From assembly GCA_963677745.1 (NCBI GenBank), contig OY782391.1:736001-800000 (forward strand): a stretch of DNA of 64,000 bases, given 5' to 3'. Positions 39,760 through 48,756 of the stretch are shown one piece after another; positions within the stretch are counted from its first letter, which is position 1; every line of letters begins with the position of its first letter. The notes beneath the pieces were generated by a model. That model made no database searches and was not told where the DNA came from. It worked only from the letters and a program-made list of their open reading frames with translations. The DNA is from Candidatus Altimarinota bacterium (GTDB taxonomy: Bacteria; Patescibacteriota; Gracilibacteria; UBA1369). Position numbers and translations under genes: made by a program.

Positions 39760-40443
39760 TCACAGCTGGTCAGAATGATGGATGATGTCGTCCGGCCGGG
39801 TCGAGATCACCTTGAAGATGTCCCCCATTTCCTCTGACGAGGCCATCCTGGTGAATCTCACGTTCGCCAGGGCAAATATCTCCATGATATGCAGGACCCA
39901 GAGATTCCACTGCAGATCGTTGAGAGGCCCGTAATACGGCGACGTGATGTATCGTGTCTCCATGATCTTGGGACCGCCGGGAGTGGGGATGCTCGTCATG
40001 ATCCGGCCACAGTCACGCCTGTTCACCACGATCTGAACATCGGGGCAAACGGAGGGCTTGTGATGGCGACGGACCGGCAGCTTCAGCAGGTCTTCACCTA
40101 CCAGCATCAGGGCCTGAAGGTTGATCGAGGCCGAGTTGCAGATGTTGGTCTCTCCCACCTGATAGCCGCACCAGTCGAGCAGCTCTACAATGATTCGCAC
40201 CAGCTCATGCCTCAGAAACATGGGGATTCCCAGTTCCCAGGCATTATGGAGGAACCACGGTTGGCCACGAGTGGCCGACAAGAATCCCATCGGCTGAAAC
40301 CAGCATTCGGGATCTTCGCGAATCAACGCGACTCTTCCTTCTGCTTTCAGCACCAGATGTGTCGCATCTTTCAGCGACCTGCGCGTTCCCCGGTCATCCA
40401 GATAGGGATTCCACTGTCCCGGGAAAAATTCGACTTGATTCAT
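39760..40443 (-). CDS. Hypothetical protein with atypical codon usage
   Basis: 227-aa ORF with its own TTGACT-N16-TAAAAT promoter (40539-40512), hairpin leader and GC-rich 3' hairpin. Confidence 0.65.
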   Translation of the reverse strand: MNQVEFFPGQWNPYLDDRGTRRSLKDATHLVLKAEGRVALIREDPECWFQPMGFLSATRGQPWFLHNAWELGIPMFLRHELVRIIVELLDWCGYQVGETNICNSASINLQALMLVGEDLLKLPVRRHHKPSVCPDVQIVVNRRDCGRIMTSIPTPGGPKIMETRYITSPYYGPLNDLQWNLWVLHIMEIFALANVRFTRMASSEEMGDIFKVISTRPDDIIHHSDQL

Positions 40444-40644
40444 CCTATTCCGCCTTGTGAAAGGTCAAACAGCCTGCATTCCCAACCAGTTGAGAAGCAG
40501 ACAACGCCGGCATTTTAGTTATTATTTGTCAAAAGTCAAATAACATTTAAAAAGTAATTTTGCGAGCTTGACTTGCCCAACCCTTTCGCCTATCATCAAG
40601 CCCGCCAAAGCAGGCAGCAGAACTTAAACAATTGGCTTACTTAT

Positions 40645-40720
40645 GCCACTTTAGCTCAGTTGGTAGAGCAACTGTTTTGTAAACAGTAGGTCGTCGGTTC
40701 GAGTCCGACAAGTGGCTCCA
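40645..40720 (+). tRNA. tRNA-Thr (TGT)
   Basis: GCCACTTTAGCTCAGTTGGTAGAGCAACTGTTT-TGT-AAACAGTAGGTCGTCGGTTCGAGTCCGACAAGTGGCTCCA. Confidence 0.96.
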
Positions 40721-40842
40721 GTTTATAATCAACAGGCCGGCAATGCTTATCTGCACCGGCCTTTTGATAATCCCCCCGTTTTTGCTCCCAACTACTTCTC
40801 CCGCTACACAGAAAACTTCACATAAGCATAGTCCGGCAGCGC

Positions 40843-40895
40843 CCTTTTTCCCAGGTGCGACATCCGCAAACGTAAGATTTTCTTACTTTTTCGAA
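40843..40895 (+). repeat. Dispersed ~53-bp intergenic repeat, copy 1 (palindromic core gtaaga-ttt-tcttac)
   Basis: Aligns with 63775-63828. Confidence 0.7.
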
Positions 40896-41036
40896 TCCCG
40901 TTAGTCCCGTTACTCCTTCCACCAGCTTACTGGAAGAGGCGATCCGGGCCATGTCGGATTGCGTAAATTCTATTGCCAAAAAAAATACCGCCGCTTATAT
41001 TTAACACGCCGAAAACTACGGTACATTGACAGTCCT

Positions 41037-41123
41037 GGGCGGGTACTCAAGCGGCCAACGAGGACAGACTGTAAATCTGTTGACTTCTAGTCTACGAAGG
41101 TTCGAATCCTTCCCCGCCCACCA
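41037..41123 (+). tRNA. tRNA-Tyr (GTA)
   Basis: GGGCGGG acceptor stem, ACAGACT-GTA-AATCTGT anticodon arm, long variable arm, GGTTCGAATCC, CCA end. Confidence 0.96.
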
Positions 41124-41293
41124 TGAAAAAACAGTCTCAGCAAAGCTGAGATATTTTTTTCATTGGGGAAGGATGAGAACCATAGGTTCGTTGACTGCAG
41201 CGAGCGAAACACAATCTGAAAATTTGTTTTCAGATTGTTGAGCGAGCAAAGGAACCCAAATGCGCAGCATTTGGTACACTTCCCCGCCCACCA
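41124..41293 (+). repeat. Hairpin-rich insert ending in a 15-bp direct repeat of the tRNA-Tyr 3' end
   Basis: cttccccgcccacca occurs at 41109-41123 and 41279-41293. An inverted T-arm copy lies at 41165-41180. Confidence 0.8.
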
Positions 41294-41435
41294 GAATAAA
41301 AACGCACCCGCCGGGTGTCTTTTTATTCAAATTTATCCACTGATTATATTGTCATTCATCTAACAGACCGGAAGTTGACGGGGGGAGAGAAAGATGTTAA
41401 ATTGAGTGTCCGTTGTGATTTACAATTATAAACTT

Positions 41436-41828
41436 ATGACTAATTTAAAAGGAATTATAGCCGTTGGTGGTATGGTGTTAAGTGCTGCCGGCAGCACCGG
41501 TTGCAAAGCGGAAAACACTTCTCAGCCCGACTATCAATGTCAGCAGATTCCCCTGCCCGGAGAAAGAGAACTTACCGATCGGCAGGCCGTCGATCAATAT
41601 TGTCTGGAAAAACGTAATGGTATATTAAACTGTCTGGTGTCGTCCGGATTTCCCAAGCAATTAAGCGTGGGCTTCGGCCAGGTCGCCTGTCAGGATCCGG
41701 ATTTTGCCAAAAAGATGGACTACCTTTATTCGTCCGAAAATCATGTCAGCCATTCCTGTGTCACCGGCGGCGAGCCCTTGTCAAAATCATGTGAGGAGAT
41801 CAAAGTCAAAATCACCTCCCTTCCCTAA
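41436..41828 (+). CDS. Cys-rich hypothetical lipoprotein
   Basis: Signal peptide ending STG-C, followed by six further cysteines. Confidence 0.65.
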   Translation: MTNLKGIIAVGGMVLSAAGSTGCKAENTSQPDYQCQQIPLPGERELTDRQAVDQYCLEKRNGILNCLVSSGFPKQLSVGFGQVACQDPDFAKKMDYLYSSENHVSHSCVTGGEPLSKSCEEIKVKITSLP

Positions 41829-41843
41829 CCAAAAGTTTTAGCA

Positions 41844-42341
41844 ATGTCCCAAGAGAAAAAAGATGGCCCTGAAGTGCCGGGAGAAGATGGTAAAGCCTTA
41901 CCGGAATTAGCTAAACCCACCGCCGATCCCCTTGCTTTACCTTTGTCCGCACCAATTGACGACACCGCGCGGGATACCCGCGACCGGGTAACTTTCAGTA
42001 CGACTTTTATCGAAGACGTTGATTTGCTGGCCAAATACCATATGGATTATCAGTTGCTGATGGCAATGCAAGATAAGGAAAATGAGTGCCATAATTTAAC
42101 CTTTCCCAACTTACTGCAATCCCTGCGCAACGTTGTGGAATCTTATGATTATCTCTACAAAAAACAATTTTCCATCCCCGACCATCTGGTTGCAATCAAA
42201 TTTATTTGCAGTGACGGTGAATTTTATTTGGGATTGAATAACGGTTATCCCTGTTTATTTAAGGATCCACATGCCAAAGACAGAATTCCTTTTCCTCTGG
42301 TGGAAGGCCCTCTTAGTCAGGAAATCAGACGATCCAACTAA
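41844..42341 (+). CDS. Hypothetical protein
   Basis: 165-aa ORF with a Pro/acidic N-terminus. Confidence 0.65.
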   Translation: MSQEKKDGPEVPGEDGKALPELAKPTADPLALPLSAPIDDTARDTRDRVTFSTTFIEDVDLLAKYHMDYQLLMAMQDKENECHNLTFPNLLQSLRNVVESYDYLYKKQFSIPDHLVAIKFICSDGEFYLGLNNGYPCLFKDPHAKDRIPFPLVEGPLSQEIRRSN

Positions 42342-43666
42342 TCCGCCCTGCCTGTCAATTTCTCTTTGATTTTCGCTTCCAACCCTCTGTCCGTGGGATG
42401 ATAAAATTTGGTGCCGGTTAGTCTGCCCGGCAAATGTTGTTGTTCCACTACCGCCCCCTCAAAATTGTGGGCATATTTATAGCCTTTACCATAACCCCAT
42501 TCTTTCATCAGCTTGGTCGGTGCATTGCGGATTTCCAGCGGAACTTCCAGATTTCCGGTATCACGGATAGCTTTTTTGATTGATCCCACGGCCATATACA
42601 GGGCATTCGACTTCGGCGCCATGGACAGGTGAACGACTGCCTGGGCCAGATTGACTTCGCATTCCGGCATACCGTTAAAATGGCAGGCGTCCTTGGCGGC
42701 CACGGCCACCAGTAAAGCGTGCGGATCGGCCATACCGATATCCTCGGAAGCAAATCTGATTAGTCGTCTGGCTACATAAAGTGGATCTTCTCCACCCTCC
42801 AGCATCCGCATCATCCAATACAACGCTCCGTCCGGATCGCTGTCCCGCATACTCTTATGCAAAGCGGAAATAATATTGTAATGCTCCTCGCCTTTTTTGT
42901 CATAACGCAGATTTTTCTTCTGCAAAATCGTCCGCATTTGCTCCACATCCACCGGCCATTTATCAGCTACTTTCAGGATAACCTCCAGGGTATTCAACAT
43001 ATTACGCGCGTCGCCGTTGGAAAAGCCGATCAGAAATTCCATTGCTTCCTTTTCCAGTTCAAATTTCGCACCCTGGACGCCGTTCTCTGCCGAAACCATC
43101 TCAGCCGCTTTCCCCAGAGCCCGTGTACCGATATTTTCCAGGGCGGTCTCGTCCAGTTCTTTAAAAACAAATACCTGTGCCCGTGAAAGCAAAGCGGAAT
43201 TAACCTCAAAAGACGGATTTTCCGTGGTTGCGCCAATCAAAGTAATCGTTCCTCTTTCGGTATGAGGCAATAAAAAATCCTGCTGCGATTTATTAAAACG
43301 GTGGATTTCATCCACAAACAGCACCGTGGCGGTACCCAGCCTGCGGTATTCATCTGCTTCGGCCACAATTGTCCGCAATTCAGGTACGCCCGCCGTCACG
43401 GCACTCACAGTAATGAACCTTGAAGCCGTCTTCTCGGCAATAATCTGGGCTAAAGTCGTCTTCCCCACCCCCGGCGGGCCATAAAAGATCATCGAATGCA
43501 GCTGGTCGGATTCGATCAGCTTCTGCAGGGTCTTTCCCTGCCCAACCAGCTCCTCCTGCCCGTAAAATTCCTCCAGTGTCTTGGGACGCATCAGATTGGC
43601 TAACGGTTCATGTAAAACCGCACTCATTTTAGTCGGGATTTTGGTCGCTTCAGGCTTCTTTTTCAT
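42338..43666 (-). CDS. rarA: Replication-associated recombination protein A (MgsA AAA+ ATPase)
   Basis: PLANLMRP, GPPGVGKTT, DEIHRFNKSQQD, GATTENPSF, ISALHKSMRDSD, ASEDIG. Confidence 0.96.
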   Translation of the reverse strand: MKKKPEATKIPTKMSAVLHEPLANLMRPKTLEEFYGQEELVGQGKTLQKLIESDQLHSMIFYGPPGVGKTTLAQIIAEKTASRFITVSAVTAGVPELRTIVAEADEYRRLGTATVLFVDEIHRFNKSQQDFLLPHTERGTITLIGATTENPSFEVNSALLSRAQVFVFKELDETALENIGTRALGKAAEMVSAENGVQGAKFELEKEAMEFLIGFSNGDARNMLNTLEVILKVADKWPVDVEQMRTILQKKNLRYDKKGEEHYNIISALHKSMRDSDPDGALYWMMRMLEGGEDPLYVARRLIRFASEDIGMADPHALLVAVAAKDACHFNGMPECEVNLAQAVVHLSMAPKSNALYMAVGSIKKAIRDTGNLEVPLEIRNAPTKLMKEWGYGKGYKYAHNFEGAVVEQQHLPGRLTGTKFYHPTDRGLEAKIKEKLTGRAD

Positions 43667-43769
43667 GGCCTCACAGTACACCCGTTCTTCAGCTTTGACA
43701 AATTCCTAAAAAATGCGATAATACTGGCCTGGCAGAGCTCAATGTCTGCCGAAATTTACCCAATCAATT

Positions 43770-45830
43770 ATGCCTCCCCAATTAAAAGAAAATTTCCTCG
43801 GCGATTATCCCGAACTGGGAAAGTTTGACCTCAAAGCCCTCAACCCGGCATTCGAGGAAACCATGTTTGATTTGGCCAAACAGGTTCCTGAATACGGCTT
43901 CTGGGAGGACGAATATATCGAACCTTTCGCCGGTAAAAAACCGGAAACCCTCATCACCCCCGCCACGCGCCGGGCCATCGATCAGGTTTTGGGGCTTTTT
44001 CTGCATAAAGAGGGCGGTAAATTGGAAGCATATTCAAATAAGGGGATCAGAAACCATATCGCCGCTTTTATCATCAGTGTACGCGCCAGAATTTGGCAAA
44101 TGTCGCCTAATCAGCGCTGGATTGATAATATGTACGGACGCCTGCAGGCCGAAGATGAACGGGTTGAAAACCACAGAAGGCTGATTGCAGCGGGTCAGGA
44201 AAATGTCTGGTATCCGAACATCACTCACCAGCCGGTTCAGAGCTGCACAAAGCAACAATTCGAGGCATCCCCCAATAACCATGCCAAAAGAGTACAGAGG
44301 ATCATGACCAATGAAACCGACAGGCTGATTATTCCGGATGAAAAGGAAGCTTTTACCCCGGAAGCGATTGGCTCTTTAATTATCGACCCTTACGGACTGA
44401 CCGATCGCCAAGTGGAGGGTTTGGGGATCAGTCTCCCCTGGACCGGGAAAAAACGCACATCCAGACTGGAAAAAATCGAATACTTCAGTACTCTGCCCCC
44501 CCGGCTCAAAACAGAGCTCTCCGCCTTAAATCCTATTGGCAAGGGTGATCCCCATGACAAATTTGGTCGTTGGCGTCTATATGGCAACGTTGAAGGTAAT
44601 GTCCTTAGTACAACCACGTCATCAGGCAAAGACAGCTATAATGTAGCCCGTTTAAAGGATGCTATCCGCGCCCGGGAACATACCCGCACCGGCTCTTTGT
44701 CAGAAACCGGTAAGATAGCCGGGGTAATCAGGAGAATTCTTGATGTCGATAAGCAGCTGCAAAAAGGTAAATGGGAACAGGTTAAGGACAACGAAAAGCT
44801 GGCCGAAGCCAAAAACACTCTTTTTCAAGCTTTCGACGCCCTCAAAAACGTTCGTAATCCGGACAAAAAGGAAGCCAGGGATTTGCTGGAAAAAGCTATG
44901 ACTTTGGAAACAACCTATACCAGAGTTATCAAAAGAAATGGAAAGCCACCGGAGACTATTGTTACAGTCAAACTGAATCCCGGCGCCAAGAGATCGCAGC
45001 TGGAAAAAGCCCTGCGCAAATTGAAAACCAGAAAAGCTCATTCCCTGCCCCGCATTTCACGTTATACCGCCAATGACCGGCAGATTCTGGAAGAAGAATT
45101 GGCCGAGCACCAGAATATTCCCTTCAATCAATTGGAGGCTTATCTGGACCGCCACTTCCGTGGCTCCAGCCCGCTTGACCACAAAAAAATGAGTCCTGCC
45201 CAGAGGGAGGGAGTTGTTTCCCGTCTCAACGAATGGCTGGAACGTTTTGTTGAGTTTCCGGCAGAAAGAAAGGCCTGGCTTGAGCCATACCGCAGTTTTG
45301 TGGATCTGATTCAGGAAGATCTCAACCAGGCAATAGAAACCGTGGATAATGAGGAAACGGCTGTCAGTGATCTTAAAACCGACCTTGCTGAATTAAAAAT
45401 TTCCCTGCGTCTGAAAAAATTCTGGGAAAGTTGGGAGCAGCTTTATGACCAGCATCTGACCCAGAAAAAATTGCCGACTTTCGTCTATATGATAAGAGAC
45501 CTGGTCTTGCTCAAGAAAGAAATTAATGATATCCCCACCACTTCTCGATCCGGGTTTATTTTTGAGACCTATCTGACCAAGATTGATGAAATGACCGCTC
45601 TCTGTCGGGAAGCCTTTGACAATTGGCATGAGCCCGACGGTAAGAAGAAAGCCAAAGTCATTCATCAGCAATTGAAAGTCAAAGCGCGCGAAGCGGATAT
45701 CGTCGCCCTGCTGAAAAAGAAAAAGGAATTTGAATATGAAGAAAAGCAGCTCGATGATATGTTCGGGCCACCGTCCGCAGATGAGGATGGGTACCTGGGG
45801 GAACTCGGGGAGGATGGCTTTGACGATTAG
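43770..45830 (+). CDS. Large helical hypothetical protein with an acidic tail
   Basis: 686-aa ORF with an upstream TTGACA..GATAAT promoter. Confidence 0.8.
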   Translation: MPPQLKENFLGDYPELGKFDLKALNPAFEETMFDLAKQVPEYGFWEDEYIEPFAGKKPETLITPATRRAIDQVLGLFLHKEGGKLEAYSNKGIRNHIAAFIISVRARIWQMSPNQRWIDNMYGRLQAEDERVENHRRLIAAGQENVWYPNITHQPVQSCTKQQFEASPNNHAKRVQRIMTNETDRLIIPDEKEAFTPEAIGSLIIDPYGLTDRQVEGLGISLPWTGKKRTSRLEKIEYFSTLPPRLKTELSALNPIGKGDPHDKFGRWRLYGNVEGNVLSTTTSSGKDSYNVARLKDAIRAREHTRTGSLSETGKIAGVIRRILDVDKQLQKGKWEQVKDNEKLAEAKNTLFQAFDALKNVRNPDKKEARDLLEKAMTLETTYTRVIKRNGKPPETIVTVKLNPGAKRSQLEKALRKLKTRKAHSLPRISRYTANDRQILEEELAEHQNIPFNQLEAYLDRHFRGSSPLDHKKMSPAQREGVVSRLNEWLERFVEFPAERKAWLEPYRSFVDLIQEDLNQAIETVDNEETAVSDLKTDLAELKISLRLKKFWESWEQLYDQHLTQKKLPTFVYMIRDLVLLKKEINDIPTTSRSGFIFETYLTKIDEMTALCREAFDNWHEPDGKKKAKVIHQQLKVKAREADIVALLKKKKEFEYEEKQLDDMFGPPSADEDGYLGELGEDGFDD

Positions 45831-46768
45831 TTCTGTGGATAATAGCCGAAAATATGACTGGTATTGTCCTTGCCGGGCAGGGATTTGATCATGGAACAGC
45901 TGGAGGTTCGCGCCCACAACTGGAAATTCCCGCTCCCGGAATCTTTCATCAATTTCGTCATCAGATAAATCACCGGGGCCGAATCTATTGCCACGGCATC
46001 AGGGGTTTCCGTGTCCAGACTGGCGGAAACCATTTTGGAAGACTCACAAAGGTCGGCGGAGGCGGGAGGGGTTTCCAGCCATTTAATGGTGCGCCAATCA
46101 TTTTGGGCGGCCAAACTTTCGGCGCTGTAATGGGTAAAATCCAGACTGGCCAGAAAAAGCGTTTTCCCCCCCGACAGTTGGTCCAATTCCTCCAGTTTGG
46201 CCGCCAGCTCATCCAATTTGATACAGGAAGTATTATTTTTTACGGTGATGGGGACTATCTTCGCTTCCGGAAAATATTTTTTCACAAAAGGATAATGGAC
46301 ATAAATGCCGTGTTCTTGGCCAAAATCTTTTGGTTCTATTGCTGCCAGGTCACTTTCATCCAATAATTTTATCGATTGCCGGTCGAGTGCCACTCCCTCC
46401 GCTCCTTTGACGCCCTCGACCTGATCGGTTGTCTGCACATAATTGAATCCGTATCCGAAATGATTGGGTGACAAAATAACCACTCTGTCGTAAGAATTTT
46501 CCCGCGCGATTTCCGTGTAAAACTTATCTATATAAGCGGACACCAGCAGATGGTGGGGCAGTATCATCCCTTTCACTTTGGCGACCGTAACCCCGTCGCC
46601 CTGGGGAAATTTTGTCTCCGTAGTGGACACGGGACTAGACAGCTGTTGACACCCTGTAGACAGCAGTAGACAACAAACCAGGAGCGCCGTCGCGGCACCC
46701 CTGGTTCTGATGATTTCCCCAAATGAATTTATCTTATTTGCCATCCGTCGGATGAAGTGCCTCCCCAT
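45827..46768 (-). CDS. Exported MEMO1/AmrB-like lipoprotein
   Basis: Lipobox-like LSTG-C, then LPHH, ILSPNHF, EHG...PF, ASLDFTHY. Start uncertain. Confidence 0.75.
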   Translation of the reverse strand: MGRHFIRRMANKINSFGEIIRTRGAATALLVCCLLLSTGCQQLSSPVSTTETKFPQGDGVTVAKVKGMILPHHLLVSAYIDKFYTEIARENSYDRVVILSPNHFGYGFNYVQTTDQVEGVKGAEGVALDRQSIKLLDESDLAAIEPKDFGQEHGIYVHYPFVKKYFPEAKIVPITVKNNTSCIKLDELAAKLEELDQLSGGKTLFLASLDFTHYSAESLAAQNDWRTIKWLETPPASADLCESSKMVSASLDTETPDAVAIDSAPVIYLMTKLMKDSGSGNFQLWARTSSCSMIKSLPGKDNTSHIFGYYPQN

Positions 46769-48585
46769 TCCACGACCGTAAATCCTTTTCTGGGTAGTGC
46801 CGTGAAGGTCTGTGCCGGCATCTCAATTTTCTGCCAGAGCGGTTGATAGTACATGAATACGCGGATTACCGTATCGGGTTTTGGTTCAATGGTCAGAGGG
46901 GCAATTTTATTGAATTCGGTCGCTCCAACAAAACTTACCAGTACATATGGTTCTGAGGTTGCCATCATTTTGGGTACCCAGAATTCCCTGAACTCGGCTG
47001 ACTCTTTTTCATTCAGTCCCAATTTGGTCAGACTGTCCTTCAGAAATCCCTCAAGGTCGGCCTTGGCCACCACCGATCCGCTGTTCATACTCAGTTGTTT
47101 AGCACTTTTGCCTTCCCAGAACAGATATTCATACTGTTTTCCGTCTGCCAGATTGGTCAGATCCCCATTGGGTTCGGCCATTACATTCCAGCCGTTTCCA
47201 TAGGCGGGCTCGGTGACGGTAAATTCATCGATTCCCACTTTTACGCTGACTGAGGAGGTCTTTTCCGGATAGAGGTAAATTACCGGCTTGCCGCATTCGG
47301 CCGGAGCCTTGAATTCGGTGGCGATTATTCCGGAATATCTTCCAAACGGATCCTGCCAGTAAACAATTGGTTTTTCGGCCAAAAATTCCTCATAAGTTTT
47401 TACTTTTGCTGCCCGGGAATCATCCGGCAGATATTGCTGCATATCCACGTACAGATTGTAGTAGTAGTTCAGAGCCCACTGTGGCTGATCTTTATCCACC
47501 AGACCGTCCAGGTCGGTTTTATCCTCAATCCGCTGATTGTTTTTTGCCACAAATATTTTTGTCCCTTTCTGAGTCTGTCCGACTTCCACCAGCTGGCTGG
47601 CATCGGTATTTTCCACGTTATAACAGGAATTGCCGATTCCGCAGCCCCCGGTCATATAATCATATCCGACTCCAAACCACCCGGATCCTGTACCGTCATT
47701 CCATTTAACCGTATCCCCGGCCTTATCCCCGACCAGATCGGGATCAAATTTATAGGTGGAAATTACACTGTCCGGTCCGATTACAAACACACAGCCGGTC
47801 ATTTCGAGAGCCGACAGATAAACCGGTCCGACTTTCGGGTCGGTGAAGGCGACTTTTCCCAGATCGACAAACACAGTTCCATCCTCATTGCCATTTTCTC
47901 TGGTCATACCGGACCGGAAATCCACGTCTTTGCTGACCAGCTGCACTGAATTGCTGCCATCCGGCAGCATGATGCTGTTGGGCAGAATTAAGGCCTTGAG
48001 CGTGAGTTCCTTGTCGGAGTTTTTCAAAACAGGATTGAGAAATTCCGGAATATAATCACTATAACTGTGATTGGTCAGATAGGTTAACTTGCCGCTTTGT
48101 TCATCCCAGGCAAATCTGGAAATTTGATCGGAAAAACAGGGGCCTTCACAGCCCTCGATCATCACCAGCAGCTTTTGGCCCTGATATGGATCGGCTTTTA
48201 ACGTCCCGACTTCATAGAAAGCCAGCATCGTTTTTACATAAGTATTTTCATCGCCGTTTTTTCCGGTATTGATGTCGGTGGTCGCCGATTCTCCCAGAAT
48301 TTTATTCATTTCTTTCAGATTGTCTCCCAGCACCTTTAACGTATCCAGTTTTTTCGGACTGGAAAAGTCCACCTGATCGTCTTTCACCACCGGAGTAACC
48401 ACCTCATTCTCGGCGGTTTCGGTTTTCGTGGAAGTCTCTTCTTTGTTCTCTCCGGTTTGAGTTTGTGTCGATTCGGTCTTGGTATCGGGTTTATTTTCTT
48501 CTCCTACGGTACAGGCGGACAGCATGGTCAAGGCCAGTAATCCGGACAGCAAAAGAGCAAGCAGCTTTTTCGAGTTCATGGACAT
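46729..48585 (-). CDS. Lipoprotein with a C-terminal KPVIYLYP-family domain
   Basis: Lipobox LSA-C. CGKPVIYLYPEK...YLFWEG...F.EFW.P...RVFM...RKGFTVVEWGG. Confidence 0.8.
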   Translation of the reverse strand: MSMNSKKLLALLLSGLLALTMLSACTVGEENKPDTKTESTQTQTGENKEETSTKTETAENEVVTPVVKDDQVDFSSPKKLDTLKVLGDNLKEMNKILGESATTDINTGKNGDENTYVKTMLAFYEVGTLKADPYQGQKLLVMIEGCEGPCFSDQISRFAWDEQSGKLTYLTNHSYSDYIPEFLNPVLKNSDKELTLKALILPNSIMLPDGSNSVQLVSKDVDFRSGMTRENGNEDGTVFVDLGKVAFTDPKVGPVYLSALEMTGCVFVIGPDSVISTYKFDPDLVGDKAGDTVKWNDGTGSGWFGVGYDYMTGGCGIGNSCYNVENTDASQLVEVGQTQKGTKIFVAKNNQRIEDKTDLDGLVDKDQPQWALNYYYNLYVDMQQYLPDDSRAAKVKTYEEFLAEKPIVYWQDPFGRYSGIIATEFKAPAECGKPVIYLYPEKTSSVSVKVGIDEFTVTEPAYGNGWNVMAEPNGDLTNLADGKQYEYLFWEGKSAKQLSMNSGSVVAKADLEGFLKDSLTKLGLNEKESAEFREFWVPKMMATSEPYVLVSFVGATEFNKIAPLTIEPKPDTVIRVFMYYQPLWQKIEMPAQTFTALPRKGFTVVEWGGTSSDGWQIR

Positions 48586-48756
48586 TTAATTATTTAATAA
48601 AATTATTTCTCGTCAAATATAACATTTCTTCGCCTAAATGTATTACAAAACAGAAGACAAAAAACAAAAATTTGATCCAATACGGTTCAAAGAGGCCTGA
48701 AAAACATTTAAATATACTGAAAAACATGCTAAAATAAAAAGATTTAACTGTATCTT

